The notes under the pieces are model-generated. The model saw nothing but the letters and a program-made list of their open reading frames with translations, did no database searches and was not told the origin of the DNA. A DNA stretch of 64,000 bases, taken from positions 29,140,001 through 29,204,000 of the forward strand of contig NC_092353.1 of NCBI RefSeq assembly GCF_963676685.1, given 5' to 3'. This DNA is from Mytilus edulis. Taxonomy: Eukaryota. The position numbers were made by a program, and so were the translations under genes. Positions 13,041 through 26,600 of the stretch are shown here, one piece after another (the first letter of the stretch is position 1; each line of letters opens with the position of its first letter).

Positions 13041-13244
13041 AGTCAATGGCAAAACCAAAAACACAAACTTATCAAACGAATTGATAACCATGTCATATTC
13101 CTGACTTGGCACAGGCATATTCTCATGTAGAAAATTGTGGATTAAACCTGGGTTAATACCTAAGACACTATTTATGCTATTAATTCCTCTCAAACTGGTA
13201 TAAGGGTCGTCTTAAACTTGCAATAAGATGAGGGTTTCTTTTAA

Positions 13245-14230
13245 TTTTAGCTCGCCGATAGGCCCCATGTGAGCTTATGCCATCACTTGGTGTCCGTTGT
13301 CTTCCGTCGCCTGTCGTCGTTAACTATTTCAGAAATCTTCTTCTCAGAAACTAATCGGCCAAATACCTTCAAACGTTAACTGAATGTTCATTAGGGAATC
13401 TAGATTATAAATTGTATCCAAAGTTTTGATCTATTTACAAACATGGCCGCCATGGCAAAAAATTGACCATAGGAGTCAAATGCAGTTGTATGGCTTATAT
13501 ATCAAAAACTAAAGCTTTTAGAGCAATCACATCTATCACAATTTTCAGTTGAATTGAACATCCTATTGTTGGGTCGCTGTCACTAAATTGACAGTTTTAA
13601 GGAAAATTTGGAGTTTTTTGTTATCATCTTGAATATTATTATAGATGGATATAAACTGTAAACAGCAATAATGTTCAGCAAAGTAAGATCTTCAAAAAAG
13701 TGAAATTATCAAAACTGTTAATTGATCCCATAAGGAGTTATTGCCCTTTAAAGACAATTTTACACAATTTGTTCATCAATTTTGCTTGCATTTAAAAATC
13801 TTCTCCTCTGAAACTATTGTGCCTAAAACTTCTTAACTTAACGTGAATGTTCCTTTAGGTATATTGTTTATGAATTGTATCTGATTTTTTTATCCATCAA
13901 CGAACATGGACGCCATGACTAAAATGTAAAATAGGGGTCAAATGCAGTTTTTGGTCTATATCTCAGAAACGAAAGCATTTAGAGCAAATCTGATATAGAG
14001 CAAAAAAGTTCAAAAGGTCAAGATCTATTAGCCCTGAAATTTTTAGGCAAACCAAACAACCCATTGTTGGTTTGCTGCCACTAAATTGGTTATTGTAAGG
14101 ACACTTTGCAGTTTTTAGTTATTATCTTGAATGTTATTGAAGATAAAGATAAACTATAAACAGCAAAAATTAATGTGCAGTAAAGTAAGATCTACAAAAA
14201 AGTTGTAATACCAAAATTGTCAATTGACAA
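13245..14230 (+). mobile_element. Helentron/DINE-like non-autonomous element with ~460-bp internal dimer
   Basis: Starts TTTTAGCTCGCC...GTGAGCTT...CATCACTTGG followed by a CGT microsatellite; AACATGG(C/A)CGCCATG recurs at ~13440 and ~13903 with matching downstream sequence. Confidence 0.65.
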
Positions 14231-14366
14231 TAAAAACTTTGCAACATGTATTTTGTTTAGTCTTTGGCATCGTAGAATTCGACTTATCTTTCAATAACAA
14301 AATGAGGTATGCCACATCTTTTACATGACCCTATCCTATGCCTATACGATTTTATTTAGGGTTTAA

Positions 14367-15159
14367 GGGGGTTCGCGGGTCTAAATCATTTATATAGGAT
14401 TTCTCTATATTTTTCTATAAATTAACTTTATCTTATAGTTAATAGAAAAATAAAATAAAAAAATGGGGTCACCGTTCATTTGCGCTCACAATCTGCCTTC
14501 GAAAGAAGCATACATCTTTGAAAAAGTTTTTTTTCTTCTGTTGAACTAATAGGAGAAATAAAGGTACTATCGAAATAAAAAGAAATTTATTACAGAAATC
14601 GCTCAAATTTTACAATAATTTAGTTTAAGTACAGCATATATCGCAATTATATTAAAAAATATAGGTCACCGATGAGTTAAAAGAGATATTTCAATTTTAA
14701 AGCCAAAAAATGGCATTTTTTCACCAAAGGGAGATAATTTGGAACTTTTTCAATGATGTTTACATTTTAAAAGAGGGACGAAAGATACCAAAGGGACAGT
14801 CAAACTCATAAATCTAAAACAAACTGACAAAGCCATGGCTAAAAATGAAAAAGACAAACAGAAAAACAAGAGTACACATGACACAACATAGAAAACTAAA
14901 GAATAAACAACACGAACCCCACTAAAAACTCGGGGTGATCTCAGGTGCTCCGGAAGGGTAAGCAGATCCTGCTCCACATGTGGCACCCGTCGTATTGCTT
15001 ATGTGATTTAAAAGTGATCTGGGGCCAACACGAATTAATTGTTTTGAATGTTTTTTGTACCATATGATTAAGTAACAACTACAAAAGGTAATAAATAAAA
15101 TTTGTAATGAAAAACAAATGTTTACTTTTTTTCTGAAAATTTTGTACCCTCGAGCCTCC
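14367..15159. mobile_element. Kolobok-like non-autonomous DNA transposon
   Basis: TTAA on both flanks (14363-14366, 15160-15163); imperfect TIRs GGGGGTTCGCGGGTCTAAA / GGAGGCTCGAGGGTACAAA, with GG...CC termini. Confidence 0.6.
14770..15008 (-). mobile_element. Family A retroelement 3' fragment nested in the Kolobok-like element
   Basis: Near-identical to 51935-52172; flanked by TTTAAAAG (14766-14773, 15007-15014), a possible target-site duplication. Confidence 0.75.
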
Positions 15160-16243
15160 TTAAGTTAGGTAACTTTGTTCACTTTTTTGTTGCCTATTAA
15201 TTGTTTCAACGACTATCGTATGTCTATCCGATGTTTTTTTGTGTGTCTTTCTTTGACTAAGTGATTTGGATATCTCCTTCATATACTCCTGTTTTCATTT
15301 TATAGACGGAAATCGTACTGTTTTGAAATATTTATAATGCGCTTTATTTACAGTTACTGATTTGGGCTTTATTTGACATGTATTATATGTTTGCTGAGTT
15401 TCGATACTTGTTGAGCAAATATTCGCCTCATATACCAAAGTTACAACATTTTATTTTTTTTTATATCTTATTATCGTTTGACAGTGAAAAATATCGATCC
15501 TTATAACAACTACTTCTTAATGTTAATTTTTGTAATTTCTAAAATTGTAGAAATAGGTATATGTAATTCTTGTTAATTATATTGGACACTGTATAATTTT
15601 TCACACAAGGTAAGGTTACATGTGTCTATCCTGAAAACGGGGCAAAACATTTAGGTTTTCTGCCCCAGACATAGAAACCTTTATCAAGATTTTGGAACAA
15701 CTTTTTAATAGATTATTTTTTTTAAATTTTTTTTTATTCTTTGTGTTCGATTCGGCCTTTGGATTATTTTGATTCGTATACGAGATTCTTTATAATATAA
15801 GAATTTTATGAACGTTTTTATAATCACTGGGTGATTGTTTTGTTCCCGTGTACCACCAGTCCATTTAGAATTCGCAAGCACTCCTTCACTGGTATGAAAA
15901 CATTTACTGGAAGCATTCTTTCCCAAGGCAAAAATTTCTGTGGTTTATACGCCAGTAATGATTTTTTTCAACGACGAAAAAATAAAGGACTACATATATA
16001 ATGGAAAATGTTTCCGGGAAAGACAATCATTTAAAATTGTTCAGCGTGAAATAACTGTCGACCGACATACCCTGTCGACACACAAAGTCTTGTTTCTTTT
16101 GTAATTCATGCAAATCTCTCTGATTTTTTTGTTTGTTAACTTGCTTCGTCGGATAATAAACGATTAACGAGCGAGAAAATGATAGTGAATAATTATACGT
16201 GATAGAAGATTACAAAGCAACAATAATTTTCATCTTTAGAGTT

Positions 16244-16249
16244 TTTATT
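16244..16249 (-). terminator. Candidate poly(A) signal of gene A
   Basis: AATAAA on the minus strand ~180 nt after the stop. Confidence 0.4.
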
Positions 16250-16425
16250 CTGATGATTAAGTCACTAATTACTTTACCAAAGGGTTATGGATATTTATGC
16301 CTGTGGAACCATTTATATCAATTTTATATATGTGTTTGATCAAATTAAGTATTTGGCATAAAATGACATTATGTTTTGTTAGTATAATGGTTAATATGTA
16401 AACACAACATTTCTGGTTAATTTAA

Positions 16426-17672
16426 TCAATCTTTAAATTTTATTCCTCCAGGATATCCATACCCAGAATGCATTTTACTACCATATACCCATAACCCGAA
16501 TTTTACTCCATTTAAATGCTTTATATGATGTACTCCAGGTTGAACACTGACAGTCCCTGTGCTGAAATCATCCGATCCATGGGAAATGTTGAACATATAC
16601 ATTGTAATAGGATGGTCATCAAGCATGAATCCACCTATTTCATCACTCAGCACAACGATGCTTATAGAACTTGTAAAGCTGTTTGATGGTACTGCAAAAT
16701 GATATTCATCTAAATATTGATTAACGCCATGAATAGTCATCATAAAAGAATCATAAAATGTCGATTCTTCATACTCAGTATAGAGAGTAACAATAACGTT
16801 ATCCGAAGCCTGTATGTATGCAATTTGTGTGTGTTGGAAGTCGATATGTTCTCTTGGTATAAGCGATTTTGTAATGGCATGCGTTTCATTTCTAAAATTA
16901 ATGGTGGTTGCATTGATACACAACACCCTTACAGTGCTCCATTGATAGTTTGCTATATCTGGAACGACATAGAAAGAGTCAAGCTGATCTGTTGGTAAAA
17001 TCATTTCCATGTATGGATTACAGTCAGTGTGGTCATTTGTGTGACAACAATGATATGGATATGTGTTAATACAGTTGCTTCCACTGATAACGGATATTGG
17101 TGCAGATGATGTCACCATAGTTCCTGTTAAATCATATGTATGTGAGAATTGAAAGGTGTCATAAGGATTCAGTACCAAATTAATTGAGGAATTTGGAGAA
17201 TATTTTGCATTGTTTACTGTAATGGGACCTTTGTCACTTTTTAACAGAATGTTCACAATTGTATTTGCTTTTAAAGGAGAAATAGCCACAATGCTTCTAG
17301 ATGCGTAATCAGGAGAACTTTTATGTAAATTATAAGACGGAATAACATATTTAGTAGATTGGTATTGATCCGGTATAGACAGGTACCCTTCGCCACCGAA
17401 CTGAGCATCATAAAAACCATATATAGATGCAGTGTCATTTGGACATATTAGAGCTCCATGCTGGCCAGTTCCATCAGAAGGTATCCTCACGGAATCATCA
17501 AGGGTATATGCATAGTTGTTTGAAGTGATGATAACAGACTGATTGCCATGTTTTGTGAAATCTTGGACTGTCATTTTGACTGTACTCTTCCCTGCAACTA
17601 ATACGTTTGATTCCCGGTTATCTTTCCACAGCTGTTCTAAAATGAACACTTTGAAACAGAGACTTTCTGTGC
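16426..17672 (-). CDS. Gene A terminal exon: IgGFc-binding protein N-terminal-type domain
   Basis: Long stop-free frame with DLTGTMVTSSAPISVISGSNC, EMILPTDQ, DSFMMTIHGVNQY and GYGYPGG motifs typical of FCGBP-like domains; acceptor TTTTTCAG conserved in the paralog. Confidence 0.92.
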
Positions 17673-20600
17673 CTGAAAAACTCATTATACTTAGAATTAA
17701 GTATTTAAAGAAAATTAGTTGTCAATATGCTCAAACAGGTATAGTTGTTAATTTCTGTGGCATTTTGGTTTCTTGTGAAGAGTTGTCTAATAGGCAATCA
17801 TACCACATCTTCTTTTCTATATGGTTATTGATACTGTGTAAACTTATCAGTTTAAACAACAAAATGGTTATCCAAATAGAAAAATATCGAAGCTATCTGC
17901 AATTTTGTTCCTCATGTACAATTATATCAAGTAAAATTAGCATTACTTTGTTGTTGTTGGTTCATGCCTACAATATTTCTTTCCCGTAAATTGTTTTGTT
18001 ATCGTTTGCGACCAAATAATTTTCAGACGTAGACGATGTTCGACACTTATTTTGCTCATTATTTGGATCTAGGACCTCAAATCAACAGACCATAGGTCTC
18101 TATAACTTATGGTTTTACAGTTACAAATGCATATCACTTATTTCAAATGCATAAGGGAAAATGACTCTCTCATGGAGTGTTCGTATTGCTTCCGTCAAAG
18201 TTATACAAAAAATTCTGAGGATAAATGTAGCACTCCAGTTCGAAAATAAAATTAAAAGTGAACCACAAAATGTTTTATCATATCCTATTCCAGGAGTTCT
18301 AATACATTAACCTAACTGTTTATGTTGTACATGCGCATATGTACGGTATGTTATCAGTATCTTCCATAGATTTGATTTTCAAAAGTTAAAAGGCTGAAAT
18401 ATAATTCCTTGTATGTGTATCTTTGGCAACATTCTGTATTTATTTGCTATAGAATATTGCTTTTTGCGGGGTGAAAAGGTCACATATCTCCCCAAAATTT
18501 GGATCAAACTAGAATTTCAATGCCTTCGAGTGATACTTTTTCAGAAACTGTTGACATTTATCTTCCTAATGATCAGAAGAAAAAATGGGTGTCTTTCGCC
18601 TCATTTTTCCGTAAAATTTAATCACAAAGGTCGTGCTACAAAAAGTTGAAAAAAATAATTTCCGGACCAATAAAACTCAGAAAGGAAATAGGTAATGTGT
18701 CAAAGCGACAACACGACCATAGAGCAGACAACAGCCGAAGGCCACCAATGGGTCTTCAATGTAGCGAGAAACTCCAGCACCTGGAGGTGTCTTTCAGCTG
18801 GCCCCTTAAAAATGTGTATACTAGTTCAGTGATAATGGACGTCATACTAATTTCCGAATTATACACAAGAAACTAAACTTAAAAATCATACAAGACTAAC
18901 AAAGGCGAGAGGCTCCTGACTTGGGACAGGCGCGAAATTGCGGTGGGGTTAAACATGTTTATGAGATTTCAACCCTCCCCCTTTACATCTAGCCAATGTA
19001 GAAAAGTAAACGCATAACAATACGCACATTAAAATTCAGTTCAAAAGAAGTCAATGTATGGGATGGATATGGAAATACGGACTGTCATACAGGAAATAGC
19101 CTATATTACAAACATTACATAATCTTAATGTTCAAATAAACCCAATATGAATATAAAAAAGAAGATGTGGTATGATTGCCAATGAGACAACTCTCTACAA
19201 GAGACCAAAATGACACAGTAATTAACAGCTATAGGTAACCGTACGGTCTTCCACAATGAGCAAAGCCTATACCGCATAGTCAGCTATAAAAGGCCCCGAA
19301 AGGCTATTTTAATCCTCAGCTATCAAACAATGAATTTTATTGCACACTCATATTTGAAAATCCACAGGGGCCAACTTGCGAGACTACACACCTAACTTTG
19401 GAGTGCTACCATAGCAAGCAATTTGGTAGAAAAAATTGTCGTTTTCTTTTACGGTTACGAAGGAGATCTCACCACCAAGAAAACTCTTACATTAAACAGT
19501 TTTCGCCTAAACAGGGTTAGTCTCAAAAGGTCAATAACTGTTCGATAGATTATGCGAAAAATCTAAACGACATTTTCCGAAACAACAGAAGAGGGCACGT
19601 AACGCCAGAAGTAGGGAAAAAAATAGTCAGAACAAATACAAAAGGTCATTCCACATAATAGTTGAAAGCCTAATAAATGATTGGATGTGAAATACCTGAA
19701 CATATAAGACGTCTGCACGTTGATTTATATATTTACGAATGTTATCCTTGTAAAAATGGAGGGTTATTAAAATTCATAGGGAGTAACTGAGTCCCCTATG
19801 GATATTATCAACCCTCTATAGATTCGTAAGGGGTCAGTTGTGAACCGTATAACGAAATGATCGCACGCTGGACTTTCTCTGCTGCGTTTTGGAGAAAAAT
19901 TAACAATAAAATACAAAGAAATCAAAAGATGACGTCAAAATTACAGTAAGCGTGACGTCATGAACCCGCTATGAAATCTACTAACCCCTACTGATCCAAA
20001 GGGGGTCAACACGTGACAGCGTTTAACCAATCACAACGTGATAATTTACCAATAGTGCGATAAAAGAAAAAAAGAAACGTTTAGTCAAAGGATTTAAAAT
20101 TGGTTTTGTCGCTTTCTTTATTAATATGGTTGTAAATAAACTCATTATAGATACCAGGATTAAAATTCCACATTTTTGCAGAGGCGCATTTCGTCTATAA
20201 AAGACTCGTCCGTTACGCTCGAATTAAACAATGTTTAAAAGGTCAAATAGACGTAGAAAATTGAAGAGCATTTAGGACCGAAACTTCCCAAAAGTTTTGC
20301 CAAATACAGCTAAGGAAATTTATTCCTGAGGTAGACAAACCTTAGTTTTCAAATCACTCACTGGTATGATACATTTTTTTTGTAATGTAAAATGAATAGG
20401 CTTATGACATATATCGGTATTGTTAGAAAAATGCAAATACACTTATTACAGTAGCAAAACGCATTGTTCTATGTTCAAGAAAAATCCCCTTTTATCGTTT
20501 TCATTTTGGTGTGGTTCTGTGTGTGTTTGTTGTTATATGTCTTAGTCTATAAGTGTGCTATATGAATAAAAAAAAATACAAAACAAATCTTACAGCAAGA

Positions 20601-23600
20601 GACATTGTGCAGTGAAAAGTAAAATCACAAAAATACTGAACTTAGAGGAAGATCAATTGGGAAAGTCCATAATCACATGGCAAAATCAAATCACAAAACG
20701 CATCAAAAACGAATGGACAAGAACTGTCATATTCCTGACTTGGTACAGGCATTTTCAAAGGTAGAAAATGGTGGATTAAACCTGGTTCTATAGCGCTAAC
20801 CCTCTCACTTTAATGACAGTCTCATCAATTTCCGATATTTTTACATTGATGCGTTAAATAAACAGACACAATAAATAAAATAGTCAAAATATGGGTACAT
20901 CAGTCATCATCGTTTAACAATTTTAAAAGGAACAATTTAACAGAACACAAAAAACATCTACTATCTACGAACACATTTATTGATTTGAGTGTCTGACGTC
21001 AGAAAATTTTATACGTCACATAAATTTGTCGTTCAATGTGCGTACAAACAATTTTAAAATCCTGGGAATGTTAGCATACAGAGTTAAAAAATCAAAAGTA
21101 TGTAAGAATAAATTTAAGAAATAGACCAAGATTTAAACTAGTCCAAATGTTATATATAGAATTTATAAGAATCCAAAAATAGTTAATTCCACTACGCGAT
21201 TGAATGATTTTGACGTTTGTGGTTCAACGTATATTGCAATTCATAATAGAAATATATCATAATGACATATAATAGAACAATATCATATTGACGGGATCTT
21301 TTAAAGTACAGAGTCACGTTATAAGAACAAAAGAAATACAAAAAGTCGTAAATACAAAACAAACCACAAAAAAATGAAAGCCAATACAAACACATTGACG
21401 AGATGTATAAGTACTGAGCCACGTGAAACAGATATTTTTGTGTTTTATAGGCATAGAGAATTTGCTGTTTTATAGGCAATGCATTCTGGGTAATTTTTTC
21501 AAAAGCGTTCACCAAAACAATTAGTTTGTAAATGTGCGATACAATTGAAATTCAACCAATGACGTAACGTTGTTTTCATTTTGGTGTATGAACAATAAGA
21601 TTCTGAAGAGGCGAATTTGGCAACCATTTATCAGTAATAAGTGACCATTTACATTGTGTTAAGTAATGCTTTACCTTTATTTTGACAGTGAATTCCATAG
21701 TATCCACGCATACATATACATCTGTGATCACCTTTTACATTTTGACATGATCCGCCGTTTAAACAATGACAATGAACTGGAGTTACTGTAAGTTAATAAT
21801 TACACATCAATCACGCCTTGTGGATTTTAATTGGTTAAAAAATGTTTTGTATTTGTCATGTACTCTCTTTTGTTATATTAATTTTGATTGCATTTTACCA
21901 CCGCCGGTGTACTTTTTTTTTTTAACTTTCTTTATGGTGGTATTTGTCTTAAAGATTATTCTTCCATTTTAATCGTCACGGAACTGCATAAAAATGTATG
22001 AGTTTTTGCTAATGTTGTTCATTCAGCTGCTTTTTTTCGTAGAAAAATAATAGTGTAATCAAATGTCAAATGTTTGTAAAAAAAGTCGAAAGATGAAAAC
22101 ATTTCCTATGCCACTTTATAGTGAATTTGATCCCAAGTCGAATATATTTTGTAAATACCTCCTACTTGAAATTATATATATGTCTGCTAATCACGCTTTG
22201 TCTTCCAAAATAAATGATCTATAAGAAAGTTTTTTAAGTTCCAGATCCCTCGTTTGAAAAATTTGCAAAGCTTAGTTAAACGAGAGTTAGAAAAGGAAAC
22301 TTGTTTAAACTGAGAAACATATATCTTCCTTTGTTTGTTCATAAATGTCTGCCATTATTGAACACAAATTCCGAAAAATAAATGCAAGAAAAAAGTTCGA
22401 TCGAATACTTATAGTAAATGGCAGTCAAAATAATGAAACTGAAGTCTCTTTACAGGAAAAAAAGTGTGTTTTACACAATATGCCAGTCTAGATACATAGC
22501 AATTTACATCTAAATGAAGTTATGTATATCTGTAACTTATGTTTACCAACAAAAAACGATGCTCGAACGAAAACAACAGCGCTAGCATAGAGAAAGCTGT
22601 TTTCTAAAATAAAATCTCAACAAGAAAAGGGCAACAAAGCCAATCAGGATAAAACCAATATGAGGTGGGAATTGATAATTTTGAAAACAACATTTAACGA
22701 GGAACATTACATGTGTTAAAGGACGCCTTGTTTCGAATACTTGTTCCTTCTCCTTACAAGGTGTTTGAAAACTGTTTTCTATAGTTAGGATGTTTGCAAA
22801 CTTTTAAAAATATACATTTTTGTATTTAATCTTGAATCTTATCGTCTATCATTAAAGAAACTAATCAGCATGGTTAAAAAGAGAAACCGTAGTTTACCTA
22901 TGTTTAAATGCAATAAATCGATTAAGACTGAGGAATGCTTGGCGAAGTGTATGTTTTTATGTCTGCAAATGAAAAAATGCCATAGACTAGAATATTTACC
23001 TTTATCGCATTTTTGCATTCTCATGTACATTAGTATAACAATAACAATTATTTTGGTCACAGTTTGCAACTACTCAAAAGTTCAAAATGAAGAAGTTTCA
23101 TTGAAAAAGTATATAATGTAATTGCTCACAGTAATGCAATTGAATTGCAGTATAAAACTGTTGCATGATAGGTTTCACAATGACAAAATGCTATGATTGT
23201 TAATACTAGTATTCAAAATGCAAACATACCGGACTGTTTCGTTTATATATTTTATGTACATTTTTCAATTTATGCTCTTGTCCCTGGGTTAAATATATAT
23301 AAACTGAGTTTTAAACTTATCATTTCCATAGGGAACCTAGTTGTAATTTGAATAATTCCTCGCTAAGGAATGCAATCGCTTATCATACATACCATTAGGC
23401 TGAGTTTGGACAGGATAACTACTTGTTGTACCTATTATTTGTACAAAATAAATAAAGTAATTGTTCACTATTAGTTTCACAATGAAAGAATTCAAAGTTT
23501 CTTGATATTCAGAAAGGTAAGTGCACAGGCATACCGGACTTCTCTGTACAAAATGTCTCATGAAGACAACAACCCCACCAAAGAGACAGTAGGCCACCAA

Positions 23601-26600
23601 ATGGTCTTCAACACAGCAAGAAGGTCCCGCACCCGTAGGAGGCTTCAGTTGACCCCTAACTGAAAGTGTGTACTTATTCAGTGAAAGTTGACGTTTCACT
23701 AAACTCTACAACACATTAATAAACTAAAATTATAAAAAAAATACAAAGACCAATGGCTCCTGACTGGGGACAGCCCCACGCATGCGGCTCAGATATATTA
23801 ACACTATAAGATTGTGATGAGGGATAGTCATCATCTGAAAATGAATGATTAACAAAAGGAAATGAAAAACCATTGAGATATTTTATGGCATATTTTTCAG
23901 TAAATGTTCTTGTCACTGGCGTTTGAACTATATGAACTGAGTTTGGAACACATCGTTTAATTTTTGATTTGGTGAATCTCAGTTATGAACAATTTTTATC
24001 TAGAATTATTCTTCAAAAGGAAAAAAATCATGAAACAAACATACCCACAGGCCTTGTTTGGACAGGGTAACTACTTGTTGTATGTGATGGTATAAGTGTT
24101 CCCAGCAGCTTATAATCATTATTACACAACTGTGCATCGCAACATAAAAGGTGACTCGTTGACCGTTTGCTGTTTTCCTCTCGTCGTCCAATAATAGGAT
24201 TTACAATATGCTTTGCATCACATACCTATAAGGTCAAAATGGTGCATGCATCCGTAAAGTGATATAATATATGTATAGCATGTACATCAAGAGGTTAAGA
24301 GAAGGACAAAGGGAACCTCAAATTTAAATTCTGAAGAGGATATGCCTAAAAGGACTAAAGACTATATTATGTTCATACTTTGAACGACAAATTCTTTTTT
24401 GTAATTACACGCGTGAAGCTTACATGCTGATTTTTTAATGTATGTTATTTAGTTAAGTTGTTTGATTAGACGTTGTAATTAATATTGACACCTTAATTCA
24501 ATGGGTTTGCTGAGTAATAGTCTGTTTACAAAATGAAACGATTTAATTGTTCAAAGGATATCATAATTTGTCCTGTCAAGTCAGGCACATAATGGGTATA
24601 CAGAATAAAGTATGTATAGCTAATTTGATTTTTTTTATAAAACTCATTAATAATGAATAATTTTTACAGTAATACCAAGATCCGATGGATTGTTTGTTTT
24701 ATTTGATATGATGATGAAAAGTTTTCCGTACACAATTACTTTATTCTTTTTATTGGAAGATGAAACTTGATAATTTATCATCATCCGAAACATATAAGTA
24801 TATATCTCTGTCATCATGTTTTAATATAAACACGTTTTAAATGTTATATTATCTATATAATTTACACGAAATCTTTCTATCCATAATAATGCTGCATGTC
24901 CTCGTCCCGCTTTTCCAACCCCAAAAGATGAATTTTGAAATTATTGAATGGTTTGAAGCTTCTTTTTGGATCGTAATGACGAGATAGTAAAGTTTGCATT
25001 TGACCCCTAAAATATTTAAAGAACAAGATCGTCATAAAAAATTGAAATGGGAATTTGGAACCATAAATTTTCAAGATGGAAACATTTATATATAAACTAG
25101 TTATAATGTGGCAGAACTATAGTTTTCTGTTCTTGTTGTATCATTATCAAATTGTTATGCTTAGTGCAAATAAGAGAAGGAGTTTTAATAAATGTGTAAC
25201 TATTTTTATTTTAAATAAAAGCTAGCAAATATTTAAAAATTGCAAGTGCCGAAGAGTGCCTTTATGAAATTGATTACCACACTCCCTTTAGTACTACTAC
25301 TACTGCATAGACCATCAGAGCATCGCGAGTCACTGATTTCTTAATCAAGGATCACAATATTTTAATAATTGGTTTTAACACTACAACTTATTTGTAAGTT
25401 ATACCACTTGAATTGAAGACAATAGCTTTTTAGTTTTTATTAGTATGATTGTTTAGTTAGGATTTTTTAATAGAAATCGGTTTTTATTGATTGCACTTAT
25501 AATTTTGCAAGTTTATTTTTATCGTTAATTTTCAATATAATTATGTTGAAATAGAGCTACATTTTCGTCTGCTAAGATTAGTTAAAGATAACAGTATTTT
25601 CCAAAGAATTTATTACTGTGTAGAAAGTTAATGGTTAATCTTAACGGTATTCCTAAATTTTATGACACCTTCAATAGGTCTGTCTAGTCATTTAAAGTTC
25701 AAGTAAAAATCGTCTTCACGTGCAGCTGTGGCTATTTAATTTAATTACTTTGTTTTGATCATCTCTGGGAATCAGGTTAAATGAGTGTGAAATTTTATGT
25801 CTAATGTTCAGACGTTTACGGATCGTTTATATCTTGCGATAAGTTAACATTGAAAACAATGTTGTGAAATTGTATTACGAAAATGATTGTATATATTGTA
25901 AATATTGGATTAAAACGTAGTTATTAGCAAACATTCGTTAGTTATGTGATATGGATATAATAAAGCTATTGGTATAACGCTATCGTCGAACTCCCAAATC
26001 CCAAATCGTCGAACTTTATATGAAACAATTTATTCCACTGCACATTTCAAATCGTCTCCGCAACATTTTGGTAGCAGAGCGTGGTTCAAAGAATTTTAAT
26101 CGTAATCGTATTGTGAGAAAATGAGTAATTGGGATTTGGAAATCGAAGCAGCGGCAAGCGAGGGAGACAAAATGGACGAAACTGTAATTGCTCAACCGGA
26201 CGAAAGTTTACAATTACAAGATCTGAAGAAGGAAAAAGCGAAAGCGAAATCGGCATTCACAAAAACTAGACATTCATTACTACAAATTCTTGAGGAAGAT
26301 TTTCCGGATCGTGAAGAAATAAAAGTAATTCAAGAGAAACTGATAAATGCAGAAGAAAAAGCGATGGATATTATGGGGAATTTATACGACAAATACAAGC
26401 ATAGAAATGACATTCAAAATGTGATGAAAACAACAAAAGAGATGGAAAAAATCGAAGAAGAATTTACAGACGCAGAAAATGAGTGTCGTGACTATTTGAT
26501 CGAGAGCAAAGTTGCGTCAAGCGTTGGATCCAGTGTATCTAGAATATCAAAACGAGATAATGTGAATTCCGAAAATAAAGTGGAAAGTAAACATGTAACT

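Noticed and set aside
14750-14986. Duplicated 73-78-aa ORFs MPHVEQDLLTLPEHLRSP (also 51930-52151)
   Set aside because: Chance frames in the 3' region of a high-copy retroelement.
17673-17685. ATG start of a single-exon 419-aa gene (likewise the 427-aa ORF starting at 51023)
   Set aside because: Paralog similarity starts exactly at a shared TTTTCAG acceptor; the upstream ATGs are intronic and give no signal peptide.
25401-25408. 8-bp TSD ATACCACT for the LTR element
   Set aside because: The extra ATA on the right belongs to the LTR end (CAACA changed to CAATA); the 5-bp CCACT fits the LTR boundaries.
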